Positions 47,830 through 59,878 of a DNA stretch of 64,000 bases are shown here, in pieces. The stretch spans positions 24,056,001 to 24,120,000 of the forward strand of contig NC_042998.1 in the NCBI RefSeq assembly GCF_006345805.1, read 5' to 3'. Positions within the stretch are counted from its first letter, which is position 1, and every line of letters starts with the position of its first letter. Made by a program: the position numbers and the translations under genes. Below the pieces are notes generated by a model. That model made no database searches. It was given only the letters and a program-made list of their open reading frames with translations, and had not been told where the DNA came from. Source of the DNA: Octopus sinensis. Taxonomy: Eukaryota.

Positions 47830-49190
47830 CTGCTCTCGTAGAAGAAGACTGAAGGGTTACACAGAAAATCCACCAGTAAAATAGATTTGGTTAAAAACCT
47901 TAATTGCTGGGAATGTCTGAAAGCTCTGCATCTCTTGAATGCTGAAGTGAGAGATATACTATCATATATATATGGAAAATCCTGGAGGGGCATGTTCCAA
48001 ACTTTAGCACAAGAGAGAATTTTAATGCATAATCTGGTAGATACTATCATCTTTCAAATATACCACCTTTCAAACCATGAACAAAAGCAATCTATATTTA
48101 CCAGTCTGGTATTTAAAGGTCCTCAACTGTTCAAGTGCCTACCTATAGAAATCAGAAATATAAAAGGAACCTCTAATGAAACATTAAAAAATCAGCACAT
48201 ATGGCGGAGATCTAAACGGAAACCTCACCCCATTTAAAAAAAAAATTTTTATGGAATCCCATGTTTTAGGCTATGGGGATTCCGATTCCGAGAAAAAAAT
48301 TTTCGAAAATTTCAATTTAAAAATTTCAATTCCCCCCCATGCTAGAAATAATAGCCAAATCTCACAAAACAGCCAAATCTTTCAATGAAAGAAATATGTA
48401 ATCAATCTACTCACCTTTATGCAAAGATTTCTTTCAGAGTAAATTTCCCTGCAGTAATATGACAAAGGGAAGGAGGATATGAAAAGGTAGGGAGGATAGG
48501 CCATCAAACGTGGGTTATCGGGTTGGCACTTTAATTTCACTTTGTCATATTGCCGCAGGAAATTACTCCGAAAGAAATCTTTGCAGAAAGGTGGGTAAAT
48601 TGATTACATATTTTTTTCATCATGTTATCGCAGTTTTGTGAGATTTGGCTGTTATTTCTAGCGTGTGGGTAGCCTGCTTGAAGGTCAAGGCCAGGGAATT
48701 GGAAGGGGATGTGGGTGAGGTAATTTTTTTTTTTAAATTGAAATTTTACAAGCAATTTTTTTTTAAGAATCATAACTTTTCTAAGTATTTTGCAAAAAAA
48801 AAAAATAAATAAATTTCCAGAAAAAGTAAAAAGTGAAGAAATGGAAGGAGTGGGGATTTAAATCTTTTAAGTTGTGATTTTTGAAAATTTATTTTCTGTA
48901 TTGGAATCTCCATAGCCTAAAATGTGGGATTCCGTAAAAAAAAATTTTTTAGGGATAGTGGGGGTGGGGTGGGGGGTCTGTTTACGTCTCCGCCATATGC
49001 ACCAAAAACGGAAAAAGAAAAACACATTGGATAAATTCCTAACAATGATACCAGACCAGCCAACCAACCATTCAAGGATACACACACAGAGATCAGCTGC
49101 TACAAACTCAATCATAGACCAGCTTCCAGCCATAAAGCGACACCAAAACTGACAGAATATAAAATTAATGTGGTTCTCCAGCACAACTGT
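47830..49190 (+). mobile_element. L2/CR1-group LINE 3' end, interrupted by a foldback element
   Basis: WECLKAL.L...; SLVFKGPQLFKCLPIEIRNIKGTSNETLK | NTLDKFLTMIPDQP...RSAATNSIIDQL (frame rejoins across the insertion). Confidence 0.7.
48192..49022. mobile_element. Foldback element with two nested inverted-repeat pairs
   Basis: Outer arms catatggcggaga...ggaatcccat.ttttaggctatgg.gattcc vs ~48870-48999; inner arms ~48338-48470 vs ~48540-48663. Confidence 0.8.
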
Positions 49191-49498
49191 AAGTCCTATG
49201 CCCAAAACCATTAAAAGAATAAAGGAATAAACGGAAGATTGCCAGCATCTTTCAAAAGCAATTTATCCACAGCTAAAATATGAGGAATTCATTTGGTTGT
49301 GTTTGTTTTAGGTGTTAATAAACCTTAAAGCTGATACAACCGCTACTATCATATGTGTATATGCATGAAGGAGTATGTGGCTGTGTGTGTGTGTGTGCAT
49401 GTATACATATATGTTTGTGTGTGTGTGTGCGTGTATACATATATGTTTGTGTGCGTGTGTGCGTGTATACATATATGTTTGTGTGTGTGTGTGTGTGT

Positions 49499-49720
49499 GC
49501 TGGCAGAAACGTTAGCACACCGGGCGAAATGCGTAGCCGTATTTCGTCTGTCGTTACGTTCCGAGTTCAAATTCCGCCGAGGTCGACTTTGCCTTTCATC
49601 CTTTCGGGGTCGATAAATTAAGTACCAGTTACGTACTGGGGTTGATGTAATCGACTTAATCCCTTTGTCTGTCCTTGTTTGTTCCCTCTGTGTTCAGCCC
49701 CTTGTGGGTAGTAAAGAAAT
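49499..49720 (+). mobile_element. SINE family B monomer
   Basis: Family B consensus. Confidence 0.9.
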
Positions 49721-49769
49721 ATATATATGTGTGTGTGTATATATATATATATGCGTGTGTGTGTATTTT

Positions 49770-50200
49770 GTTTTATTCTTTTATTTGTTTCAGTCATTTG
49801 ACTGCGTCCATGCTGGAGTACTGCTTTTAGTCGAACGAATCGACTCCAGGACTTATTCTTTGTAAGCCGAGTACTTATTCTATTGGTCTCTTTTGCTGAA
49901 CCGCTAAGCTACAGGGACATAAACACACCAATATCAGTTGTCAAGCGATGATGGGGGGACAAATGCAGATGCAAGGACACACACACATAAACATATACAT
50001 ATACATGCATACATATATACATACGTACATACATAAATATATATATACAATAGACTTCTTTCAGTTTCTGTCTACCAAATCCACTCACAAAGCTCTGGTC
50101 AGCCCAAGGTTATGGTAGAAAGCACTTGCCCACAGTGCCATGCAGTGGGACTGAACCTGGACCCATGTGGTTGGGAAGTAAGCTCCTTACCACACAGCCA
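49770..50200 (-). mobile_element. SINE family A
   Basis: Family A in reverse. Confidence 0.85.
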
Positions 50201-50210
50201 CAATACATAC

Positions 50211-50261
<51 letters not shown>

Positions 50262-50384
50262 ATATATTATAATATATATATATTATATATATATATATAT
50301 ATATAAGAAAAATTTTTTTAAAAAAACAGAATGCTCAAATGAAAGAAAATTTTAATAAAATGAGAAAATGATAAAATATATAAA

Positions 50385-51945
50385 TATTATTTATTCAACC
50401 GGTTTTCGTCATTGTATGACTTGTCAAGAATATTTATGTTTTTAAGAAGTTATTTTAAAAATTAGAAATGTGAAGAAAAGAAAATTGCATTGTTTTTGTA
50501 AAAGAATAATGATAAAAATGTACAAAAATTAAAAAATAAGTTCTCCGATACATTGTGAGTTCGTTGTGTATCTTGAGTTTTATGGTTGTTACCAAAAAAT
50601 TACCTTGAGGTGTTAAGATCCAAAGGGATTAAAGCATGTGATGTGTTGTGTTGTTAAATTCAGCATGTTGCAGGACAGGAAGTAGTAGTAATTGTGGTCC
50701 TGGTTCTTCAGTTCCTGTGTTGTGGGTAAGGGGAGACAACTCTTTTGAGTTCTTCAATAAAACCCAATTATAAAACTATCATTTTAGCTTCATTTGCATT
50801 ATCTTTTTTATATAATTGCTTGTTAACTTAACTTTCAGATTTTAACACTTTATTTATATTATTTTCTAATAATATAAATCTGCATAGACAATTGCATTTC
50901 AAATTGTCATATCATTTATAATAAAAAGATAGTAATAACAACAATAGTAAAATGATATTTAAAGAATATAAGTTTTAGCTTGAAGTGATGAATGCATGGT
51001 ATCTTTATATATTTGTGTTAGTCCATCCATGAAGAGTGAGGTAGAGAAAGGAAGTTTGATCAACGAGGAGTTTGCATATTAAGTTGTGTTTGGAATTTTT
51101 CAATAAAGAGATTCTCTCTTGTTAATTCTCTCCTGTGTGGTGATCCCGTCTTTACATTGGTAGAAGGGGAATATATAGAATTTGGGGTTTAAGTCTTTAG
51201 CACATGAGTCTAAGTGGTCACTCAGTGGAATTTGTCGGTATTCCGGAAGGTTTATTTGTTCTTATGCACCGTTACTCGTTTACGTAACGGGAGACTCGTT
51301 TGTCAACATAATTATGTTGGCAACCAGCGCATGTGAGAACGTAGATAAGGTTCTCGGAGGAACAGGAGAAGTTAGTCTTGATTTTAAACTTCGTACCTTG
51401 TTTGAAGGTAAATTCAGAGCCTTCAAGAAGGGGGGGGCAGGTACCACAGTTTGAGCGTGCACATTTTTTTACTGTTGGGGGTGGATGTGGTGTGTGAAGT
51501 TTGGCATTTGTCAAGAGTTTTTTTAAAGATTTGTGTTGCCTTTTGCATTTGAGGATTTGTGTGTATTTATAATGTTTTTCATTTTTGGTCTGTTGACAGT
51601 AGACTGAGGTTTTGTATGATTGTGGTGTATGCTTCGATATTTTTGGGTTGTGGGTGGAAATGTATGGAAGTATTTTGAGGTTGTGTGTGGTGTTAGGTTG
51701 GGTGGTTTTCAGTGTAGTGTTGTCTAGTTCTTTGGCGCGTTTTATTCCATACTCTATAAGGGTGGAGGGATATTGACGTTGTAATAGTGTTTTTTTGAGG
51801 TCTTGAAGGCGTATTTCTCGTGTTTTTGGATCCGAGACAATGGTGCATACCCTTTTAGCTAATTGAAAGGGATATTTGTCTTGGTGGTTTTTTGGGTGGC
51901 ATGAACTAAAGAGGAGGTATTGTTGTGAGTCTGTAAAAGTTTTTT
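50385..51945 (-). mobile_element. 5'-truncated Penelope-like element (RT thumb, Cys linker, GIY-YIG, 3' region with hammerhead-like motif)
   Basis: TDSQQYLLFSSCHP...FQLAKRVCTIVSD; KKCARSNCGTC...FSCSSENLIYVLTCAGCQHNYV; SDHLDSCAK...FYIFPFYQ...; frameshifted. Confidence 0.85.
50392..50432 (-). ncRNA. Hammerhead-like motif with U3-A8 core
   Basis: UAUUC UUGACAA GUCA(uacaa)UGAC GAAAA CCGG UU GAAUA; one extra A in the GAAA/stem III region. Confidence 0.55.
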
Positions 51946-52010
51946 TAAAAAAATTTTTCCTTACTTATCATTTCTCCACGTGCGGTCAACACAACCCCAC
52001 CATTTATTGA

Positions 52011-52068
<58 letters not shown>

Positions 52069-52353
52069 TATATTATATAATATAAATTCAGTGACACGCA
52101 ACCTTCACACAACGCCAAAATAAAGAACTATATTTCATAAAAAAATTAGACCAAGTTTAAACACCCTGGGCCAGGAATACTAAAACAAAAGATAAGTCCT
52201 CCGAAAAGGAGAAGCAAAATTCCACCACGACCGCTACTTCAAACAGACACTCACTCTGACGGAAATATACCTAAGTAAAAAAGGGGAAAAAAATTCTTTC
52301 GTGCAAATCTGACCCTGATACATACGATACAGCTATGGGTCAGACCCGATTCT

Positions 52354-52802
52354 GATTGGTCAACAAGTTGATGACGTCTAGCTCAGCTAGAATGGACAGG
52401 ATACAAACAGGGGACAGTCATTAGTCAGAATATTGATGACGTCCTTTTCTGCTTGAATAGTCACCTAACAAGTACAGACAGGGGGCAGATCTAATGTAGC
52501 TATAAGTCGTGATTGGGCAGAATCTGCTTGACTAACGAAGCGACTGGTCAGGACAGGAAACAAACAAGAGGCAGTTATAATGCAGCGATTGGTCAAAATA
52601 ATGATGACGTCCCGTTCTACTTGACTAACGAAGCGACTGGTCAAAACAGGAAAACAAACAAGAGACAGTTATAATGCAGCGATTGGTCAAAATAATGATG
52701 ACGTCCCGTTCTACATGACTAAAGCCACCTAACGAAACGATTGGTCAAAACGTTGATGACGTCACGCTACGCTGAATTGACCACCTAACAGGCATTATAA
52801 AA
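52354..52802 (+). promoter_or_regulatory. Array of CCAAT(reverse)+CRE modules followed by a TATA box
   Basis: ATTGG-N12-TGACGTC at 52355, 52588, 52682 and 52740 (the last with perfect TGACGTCA), an ATTAG variant at 52420, and TATAAAA at 52796-52802; 94-bp tandem duplication 52527-52714. Confidence 0.65.
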
Positions 52803-53141
52803 CCGAACACTTCACAAAAACTCATTAGAACCACCCAGCGAACATCCACCATGGGTCATCACATTGCTTAAGGTAAAAATGAATTCCTCGCTCTTTCGGA
52901 ACATCAATCTTCTGTATTGACCGCTTTCCACCACTTTGATCTGTTTTTTGTATTGAATACGTATCGCCACCGTGGGCCACTGCATCGAACACTTTGAACA
53001 TATACTTCAAACTATATATCAACTATACATGAACTATATATCAACTATACATGAACTCTAAGATGTCTGACTCCGTTGTGTATTATAAATGAATTTCTTG
53101 TGTTTGACGGCATGAGCTGTCTTTTTTATATATAACTTTTT

Positions 53142-53181
53142 TTGATAAAGTTCATTTCAGGAACTGAAACATGTTATAATG
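53142..53181 (+). ncRNA. Hammerhead-like motif with U3-A8 core, weak stem I
   Basis: UUGAUAA AGUUC(auuucag)GAACU GAAAC AU GUU AUAAUG; perfect 5-bp stem II, palindromic AACAUGUU. Confidence 0.45.
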
Positions 53182-53239
53182 TATATATATAAAAATTAAA
53201 AATTGTATAATACAGCAGCATTTTCGAACTTCATTTTTT

Positions 53240-53313
<74 letters not shown>

Positions 53314-54021
53314 GTATGTATTGTGGCTGTGTGGTAAGGATATAGAGGGAAAGAGAGGTGGAGGGAGAGAGAGAAAAAGACATGCACATTAATAAGTCAA
53401 AGCATTTGCATAAAATTAAATCAATTAAAGTTTTGTTTCAAGGGGACATTTCTTTATAGAGTTGAATGTCTTTCCAACTAAACAGTCTTCTATGATCTAT
53501 GAGAGGTTGTTGATTGCCAAGTAGATCGAAGGAAACAAAATTGTTGTATCCAAACGTACAACAATATTTAAATGTAACATATGAACTCAAATATTTCATA
53601 ACAGACAAGTATTTATTTAAAATGTATTACTAAAGCAATATTATAAACTAGTTCCATATATTCCACAATTTTATTCACTTTTATAACATAGAGACCAATC
53701 ATTTAAACATATTACATTTGTTTTATGGAGAAAAAGAAATTATATTTATTTCTAACATTATCATAAAACTTCAAATCTTTTATGGTGGAGGAGAACCACA
53801 GACACCATCATCCTCTTCATCATCATCATCATCATCATTTAACGTCCATTTTTCATGCTGGCATGGGTTGGATGGTTTGACATGAACGAGCAAGGCTAGA
53901 AGCCATACCAAGTTCCATTGTCTGTTTTGGCTTCGACTAAAAAAATAACCCTATAAGATGATGCTCCCTATAAGATGAAACAAGCAAAAGAATAAGAGAA
54001 AAAAAATATATATACACACAC

Positions 54022-54052
<31 letters not shown>

Positions 54053-54480
54053 TGTATATATATATATATATATCAACAAACACTAAAATGTAAAAATGTA
54101 AAAATTTTTACATTTTGCTGAGATTTTTCTTGAGTAATGGTGATTTCCTGGTAATGGTGATTTGACGTCTATGTTTAGCATATTAGGTGTCCACTTTAAT
54201 GGTCATTCCTCTTAATTTTTTATGTAACACAATTTTTAATCTTCAGAGTTTTTAAAATATGCTAAGCCACTGGTTTTGATTGATTAACATCAATTTCTGC
54301 CCTTATTATTTAATTTTAAATATATATATGCGGGCTATAAGATGTAATGGTGTCAGTAAGAGTCAAAGGTGTCAGGTAATGCTGAGTAAGTGCTATGGAT
54401 AGACCATAGTTAAGCTCCAGGTTTGGTAATTTTGCAAATAAGGAGTCCGACATAGGTCATATATCGTGTGTATATATAAA

Positions 54481-55016
54481 AAAAATTTTTTCAGAATGAG
54501 ATAAAAAAAACAAGGCTGTGAAGATTTTAGAACATTAAATAGAAGGTCTTGCAGCTGTTTCCAGGATATTTATAATATCCCTTCATTGGAGATGGTGTGA
54601 GAAAATGGCTAAGCAATAGTTAATCTAGATAAGATATGAAATAAAGAGTGAAGTGGAGGAATGAAAATAGATGTGAGATATGCGGGGATATTGCGTTTGT
54701 AGATCCATTACTTAGGCAGAATGGTATACATATAAGATTCCAATACTTTGTGAGTAAAATCCAATAGTATCTAAAATTGGTCATTCCAAGTATAGAGTTT
54801 GTACACAGTGTTATTAAAACAAGGATTTTATTTAAAGTGACCTAAAAGTAGGGAATGTATTTGTAAGGTCAAATCGAAAGCAGGAAGAGAACCATTTTCT
54901 CACACCGTCTCCAATGAAGGGATATAATATATATCCTGGAAACAGCTGTAAGACCTTTTACTTATAAATGTTCTAAAATCTTCACATCCTTGGTTTTTTA
55001 TCTCATTCTGAAAAAA

Positions 55017-55020
<4 letters not shown>
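54481..55020. mobile_element. MITE/foldback element with ~130-bp TIRs inside (TA)n
   Basis: 54481-54608 vs the reverse complement of 54892-55020 (aaatttttcagaatgagataaaa...gatggtgtgagaaaatgg). Confidence 0.8.
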
Positions 55021-55056
<36 letters not shown>

Positions 55057-55084
55057 CTCAGATATATATATGTACATATATATA

Positions 55085-55362
55085 TTTGAGTGAGGTCATT
55101 GCCAGTGCCACTGGACTGGCTTCTGGCACGTAAAAAATACCATTTGTGTGTGGCCGTTGCCAATATCGCCTGACTGGCCCTCGTGCCGGTGGCACATAAA
55201 AGCACCCACTACACTCTCGGAGTGGTTGGTGTTAAGAAGGGCATCTATCTGTAGAAACTCTGCCAGATCAGATTGGAGCCTGGTGTAGCCATGTGGCTTG
55301 CCAGTCCTCAGTCAAATCATCCAACCCATGCCAGCATGGAAAGTGGACATTAACGATGATGT
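55085..55362 (+). mobile_element. RTE 3'-UTR fragment
   Basis: Two array-like units, cccactacactctcggagtggttgg, ccatgccagcatggaaag, GAT tail. Confidence 0.85.
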
Positions 55363-55556
55363 TGATATATATATATATGTATATATAAAAATATGCTGGG
55401 CCACTGGTTTTAATTGATTAATATCAATTTCTACCCTTATTAAATTTTAAATTATATATATATAGGAGGAGAATTCATGAAAAAACCAAAAGACGAAGAT
55501 AGGTGGTGTAGAAAACAAACAGATGTATTAGTATAACGCTTGGAAATTGAAAAAGT

Positions 55557-55592
55557 CTTTTATGCTTCGAGCCTATGCTCTTCCACAGAAAG
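55557..55592 (-). ncRNA. Hammerhead-like motif, CUGUGGA core variant (degenerate)
   Basis: CUUU CUGUGGA AGAGC AUAG GCUC GAAGC AUA AAAG, within a ~170-bp repeat homologous to 47255-47395. Confidence 0.4.
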
Positions 55593-57529
55593 GAGCTCAA
55601 AAAGAAACAAGGAGAGAAAAAAAATGTGTGTAGGGGCTACCGATCTATGTGTATATATATACATATAGATATATATACATACATACATATATACATACAC
55701 ACACATGTATATATATATATTTTAAATCTGAAGTGATACCGAAGTGAGTTGTTTTCCCTAGTCTGTGAGATTCAGATGTTTCTTAACAACTGGTGCTGTG
55801 TAGGGAGCTTTTCCAGCACACTATTCTGCAGAAAATTTGGCACAAAATCAAAACACACACACATATGTAAATACATACACACATACATACCATCATACCA
55901 TTGATGCTATTTGAGAAGCATAGCCTTAGCTCATAAAAAGGCAATAAACAAGCTTTTTAATGTAAGATTGTCACAGGTGAAAGATCTCGTCAAGAAGGAA
56001 ATCATTTATTCATTTAACATTTACATTTCCACGAACCATTTGATTCTTAGTTCTGTAGGTGCCTCTTTCGAATTAAAGGGGGAAAAAAAAAAAAACATTC
56101 AAAGGATCTGTTCTGAGACCATTCTTGTCAATACTAACTACCAAGTAATCCTTCTGTTAAAGAATTGTCGGAGAAAAGGATGTGAATAAAATATTGTGCA
56201 TAGAAAATTAGTTTGAAGCAGAATAAACAAGCAGAAATTAAAGCAAAGGTTGAATAAACTTGTTATAAACTTGTTATAAATATGAATGAGATGAAAAAGA
56301 AAAATTATAAACACTATTTTGTAAACTTGGTCCATTTTTTTTTTTTCAACTGAACGCATGACTTTATAGTATTTTCTTACATTTTGCTAACCAGATTACA
56401 CGATATTCATGGCACTGTACTTCAGCGTACAATCGCATACATTCTCCTTTCTCATGCATGTGTATCTATACGCACACACACACACAATCATAATTCACCA
56501 ACTTTATAACTTTATCAATAATTCATTTTTGGTTAGTCTTTGAATGAAGGTGTTACATGATCGTAGCCATAAATGTAAACCGCTACTACAGCAGCATGGC
56601 ACAAATGTACTAAAACCAATATTTACTAAGGAAGTATTAAAGAGATTATAAGATGAAGTATTAAAGGAATCATAAAAGAGAAATATTCAGGTAACTTTCT
56701 TTAGGAAATTATTGTTGAAGCAATATATCTTTCAGAAAACTTCCCACCCCGCATCACACTGCAACTATTTTCCCCTTGAAATACAAACAAGATATTCCTT
56801 TATTGCTTAAAGCCTATAATATTTTCATTGAAATTGTCGGATTGCATGATGGCTTTGATGTTTAAAGAATCTTAGAATATACTATACATATCTTTGAAAA
56901 TTAGCAACATCAATACTAGCATCAAGAAATAATATTTTCAGTTCACAAAGTTTTCACTAAATATTTTTACTTTTTAAAAGGAAATAACTATACGGTTTAC
57001 ATGTCTATGGAATTTAAGTATATAAGTATTATTGCATATTGTGATCGGAGATGTTTTTATGTCATCAAGTTAAAGAGTGTAGTTGTTGAAAATATGCATT
57101 TTGGCAATAAGCTCTTATTCTTTTACAGGTTTCAGTTCTTTGACATTATCCACGCTGGAGCATCTTCTTCAAATGTTCTCAAGCAATCATATCAACCTTA
57201 GTACTTGCTTCAATCTGGAACTTATTTTATCTGGAACAATCTCTGTTATATTGACATGTGCTATGTTTGGTGTTTTTAGCCAGGTGATACTGTGTTGAAA
57301 GCATAAATGAAAACGTAGACGCACACACATGAAGCAACCTGTCCCTCAATTGTAGAAGCTCACTCTGTGTGTGTGTGTATGTGTGCATATGTGCATGTGT
57401 GTGTGTGTGTGCATGCATATTTGTCTGGCTTTATGCTTGTGTTTATGTGTTTTACACCATTAACACACTGTAATGAATTTGACAATCATCCACTCTCCTT
57501 AAAATGGTTTCAAATTTTGCCATAATGGC

Positions 57530-57840
57530 CATCTTCATCACCACTAGCACCACCACCATCATCACCTTCACCACCGCCGCCGCCGCCGCCGCCGCCTCCA
57601 CCACCACCACCACCACCACCACCACCACCACCACCACCACCACCATCGTTACCAACCGTGTTACCACCATTATCATTAGCGTCGTCGTCACCATCTTCAT
57701 CATCATCGTCATCATCATCACCACTAGCACCACTACCACCATTGTCATCGTCGTCATCATCACCGTCATCGCTGCCATCTTCATCATCATCATCACTACC
57801 ACCACCACCACCACCATCACAATCACCACCATCACCACTC
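57530..57840. repeat. (CAC)n/(CAT)n/(CGC)n tract
   Basis: Direct inspection. Confidence 0.9.
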
Positions 57841-58584
57841 TAAAAGGATGAAAGGTAAAGCTGACCACAAAGAAATTCGAACTGAGAACACAAAACCAAA
57901 AGAAATCCTGCCGAGCATTTTGTCCCACACTTTTGTGATTCTGTCACCCTTCTTTTCACAGATTTTCCAGTAAGTAGCACCTCTTTCCCTACCTGCTCTT
58001 ACCTTTCCAAGTGGAATTAAAAAAAAAAAACCCAATGAAGACTTAACCAAAGAGGAAGGTGTCTTTTCTCAATCCATTCTACTTCATCCACCACACACCC
58101 TCTTTCCCCAGAGCCACTAGACAAAGGTGGGCAGTGGGGCATGGGTTTTTGCTTGGCCAGCAATTTTGATGGGAGGAGGTTGCATTTCAATTACATTGAC
58201 TCAAGTACTTGACTGCTACTTTATTTTGTCAACCCCAAAAGGATAAAAAGCTAAAACTGAATGTATTTGAATGCAAAGAGCCAGAGGAAATAATCCTGCC
58301 AAGAATGGAAAGACAGGTGAAGTGCCATTAAGGATTTTTGTCCTGCATGCTAAAAGTTCTGCCAGTGCACTGCCTTAGTAATACTCTTACTCTTTTACTT
58401 GTTTCAGTCATTTGACTGTGGCCATGCTGAGGGGGACTCCAGCATGGCCACAGTCAAATGATTTTGTGGGACTTTCCAATTCAAATGGATAAGAAGTTAG
58501 AAAATAATTGACCAGCCATAACAATTATAGATAAAGAAAAGTGAAGTTGCTTACTGATTAACCCATCATGCTAATTTTTGTCCA

Positions 58585-58947
58585 GGTTTGTAAAGAAAGA
58601 GGAAGAAAAACAAAGAAAATGCAATCCCTTAAAGTTTGAAACAGGAAGAATTTGGAGCATGTGAACAGCAAAGGTTGTGCCTATAATAATTGGTGCTTTG
58701 GGAACAGTAAGCCAAGATATAGACAAATGGCTGAAAGAGATTGGAATAGAATGCCTGGTAGAGCTCCTACAGAAAGTTTGCCTCTTAGGGACAGCAAGGA
58801 TTATCAGGAGGGTTCTAAGCACTTGAGAGATCACTGAAAACTAGTGGATACCTAAGGTTACAGGTTGTAACTTGCTATTCACAAAAATCCTACAGAATAA
58901 GACCAAAACTTAAGCTTTGTTTCTATAATAATAATAATAATAATAAT
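58585..58947 (+). mobile_element. R4/Dong-type LINE 3' end with (TAA)n tail
   Basis: EEEKQRKCNPLKFETGRIW...KVVPIIIGALGTVSQDIDKWLKEIGI...LLQKVCLLGTARIIRRVL* is the RLE C-terminus; short UTR, then (TAA)n at 58925-58947. Confidence 0.85.
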
Positions 58948-59094
58948 CCTTAACTTAGTCAGTGAGAAATGTGTAACGATCATTTCAATTGAAACTAATT
59001 ATGTGACTGTCGCTTTGTTTATTGACCCTCACACCCTCACATCCAATTCCATCTCTCTCGACAAACTCTAACAGATGGCTGTTCTGGGGTCGCA

Positions 59095-59305
59095 CCCACT
59101 ACAACTACACTGGCTTCTTTTACACTTGTTTCTGCATCTGCTGCTGCTACCGCTACTACTACTACTACTACTACAATTACTACTACTGCTGCTGCTGCTG
59201 TTACTGCTGCTGCTACAACTACCACTACTTCTGCTGCTGCTGCTGTTGCTACTGCTGCTCCTGCTGCTCCTGCTACTCCTGCTGCTCCTGCTGCTACTAC
59301 TACTA

Positions 59306-59349
<44 letters not shown>

Positions 59350-59360
59350 ACTACAACTAA

Positions 59361-59394
<34 letters not shown>

Positions 59395-59406
59395 ACTACT
59401 ACAACA

Positions 59407-59439
<33 letters not shown>

Positions 59440-59461
59440 GCTTCTGCTGCTGCTGCTGCTG

Positions 59462-59498
<37 letters not shown>

Positions 59499-59570
59499 AG
59501 CTACTACTACTACTACTGTTGCTGCTGCTGCTGCTACTACTACTACTACTACTACTACTACTGCTACTCC
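59095..59570. repeat. (CTA)n/(CTG)n tract
   Basis: Direct inspection. Confidence 0.9.
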
Positions 59571-59826
59571 ATTGTAATGTCATCAATTCACACATTCTAG
59601 TTATGTCAGCAGCAAAAAAAATAAAACCCAAACACCCCCCCTGCCCCTGCCCCTGCCCTAGCACCTATCCATCATTAGAAAACCTCCTGATACACACAAC
59701 TTCATACATAAAAACCTGAGTGCAACATTCCTGGGTTGAGTTAAATGCTTTCTAATTTATACGAAGCGAATGTGTTTACACTACTTGCTTTCATTTACAA
59801 GTAACCAGATAAAGAAGTTTCTTATT

Positions 59827-59827
<1 letters not shown>

Positions 59828-59878
<51 letters not shown>

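Larger units (their letters stand above)
52090..53240 (+). mobile_element. Penelope-like 3' end with long pLTR-like region
   Basis: RQNKELYFIKK/IRPSLN resembles the PLE C-terminal R..KE..FI.K..P.LN motif; followed by the regulatory array and a hammerhead-like motif at 53142-53181. Confidence 0.55.
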
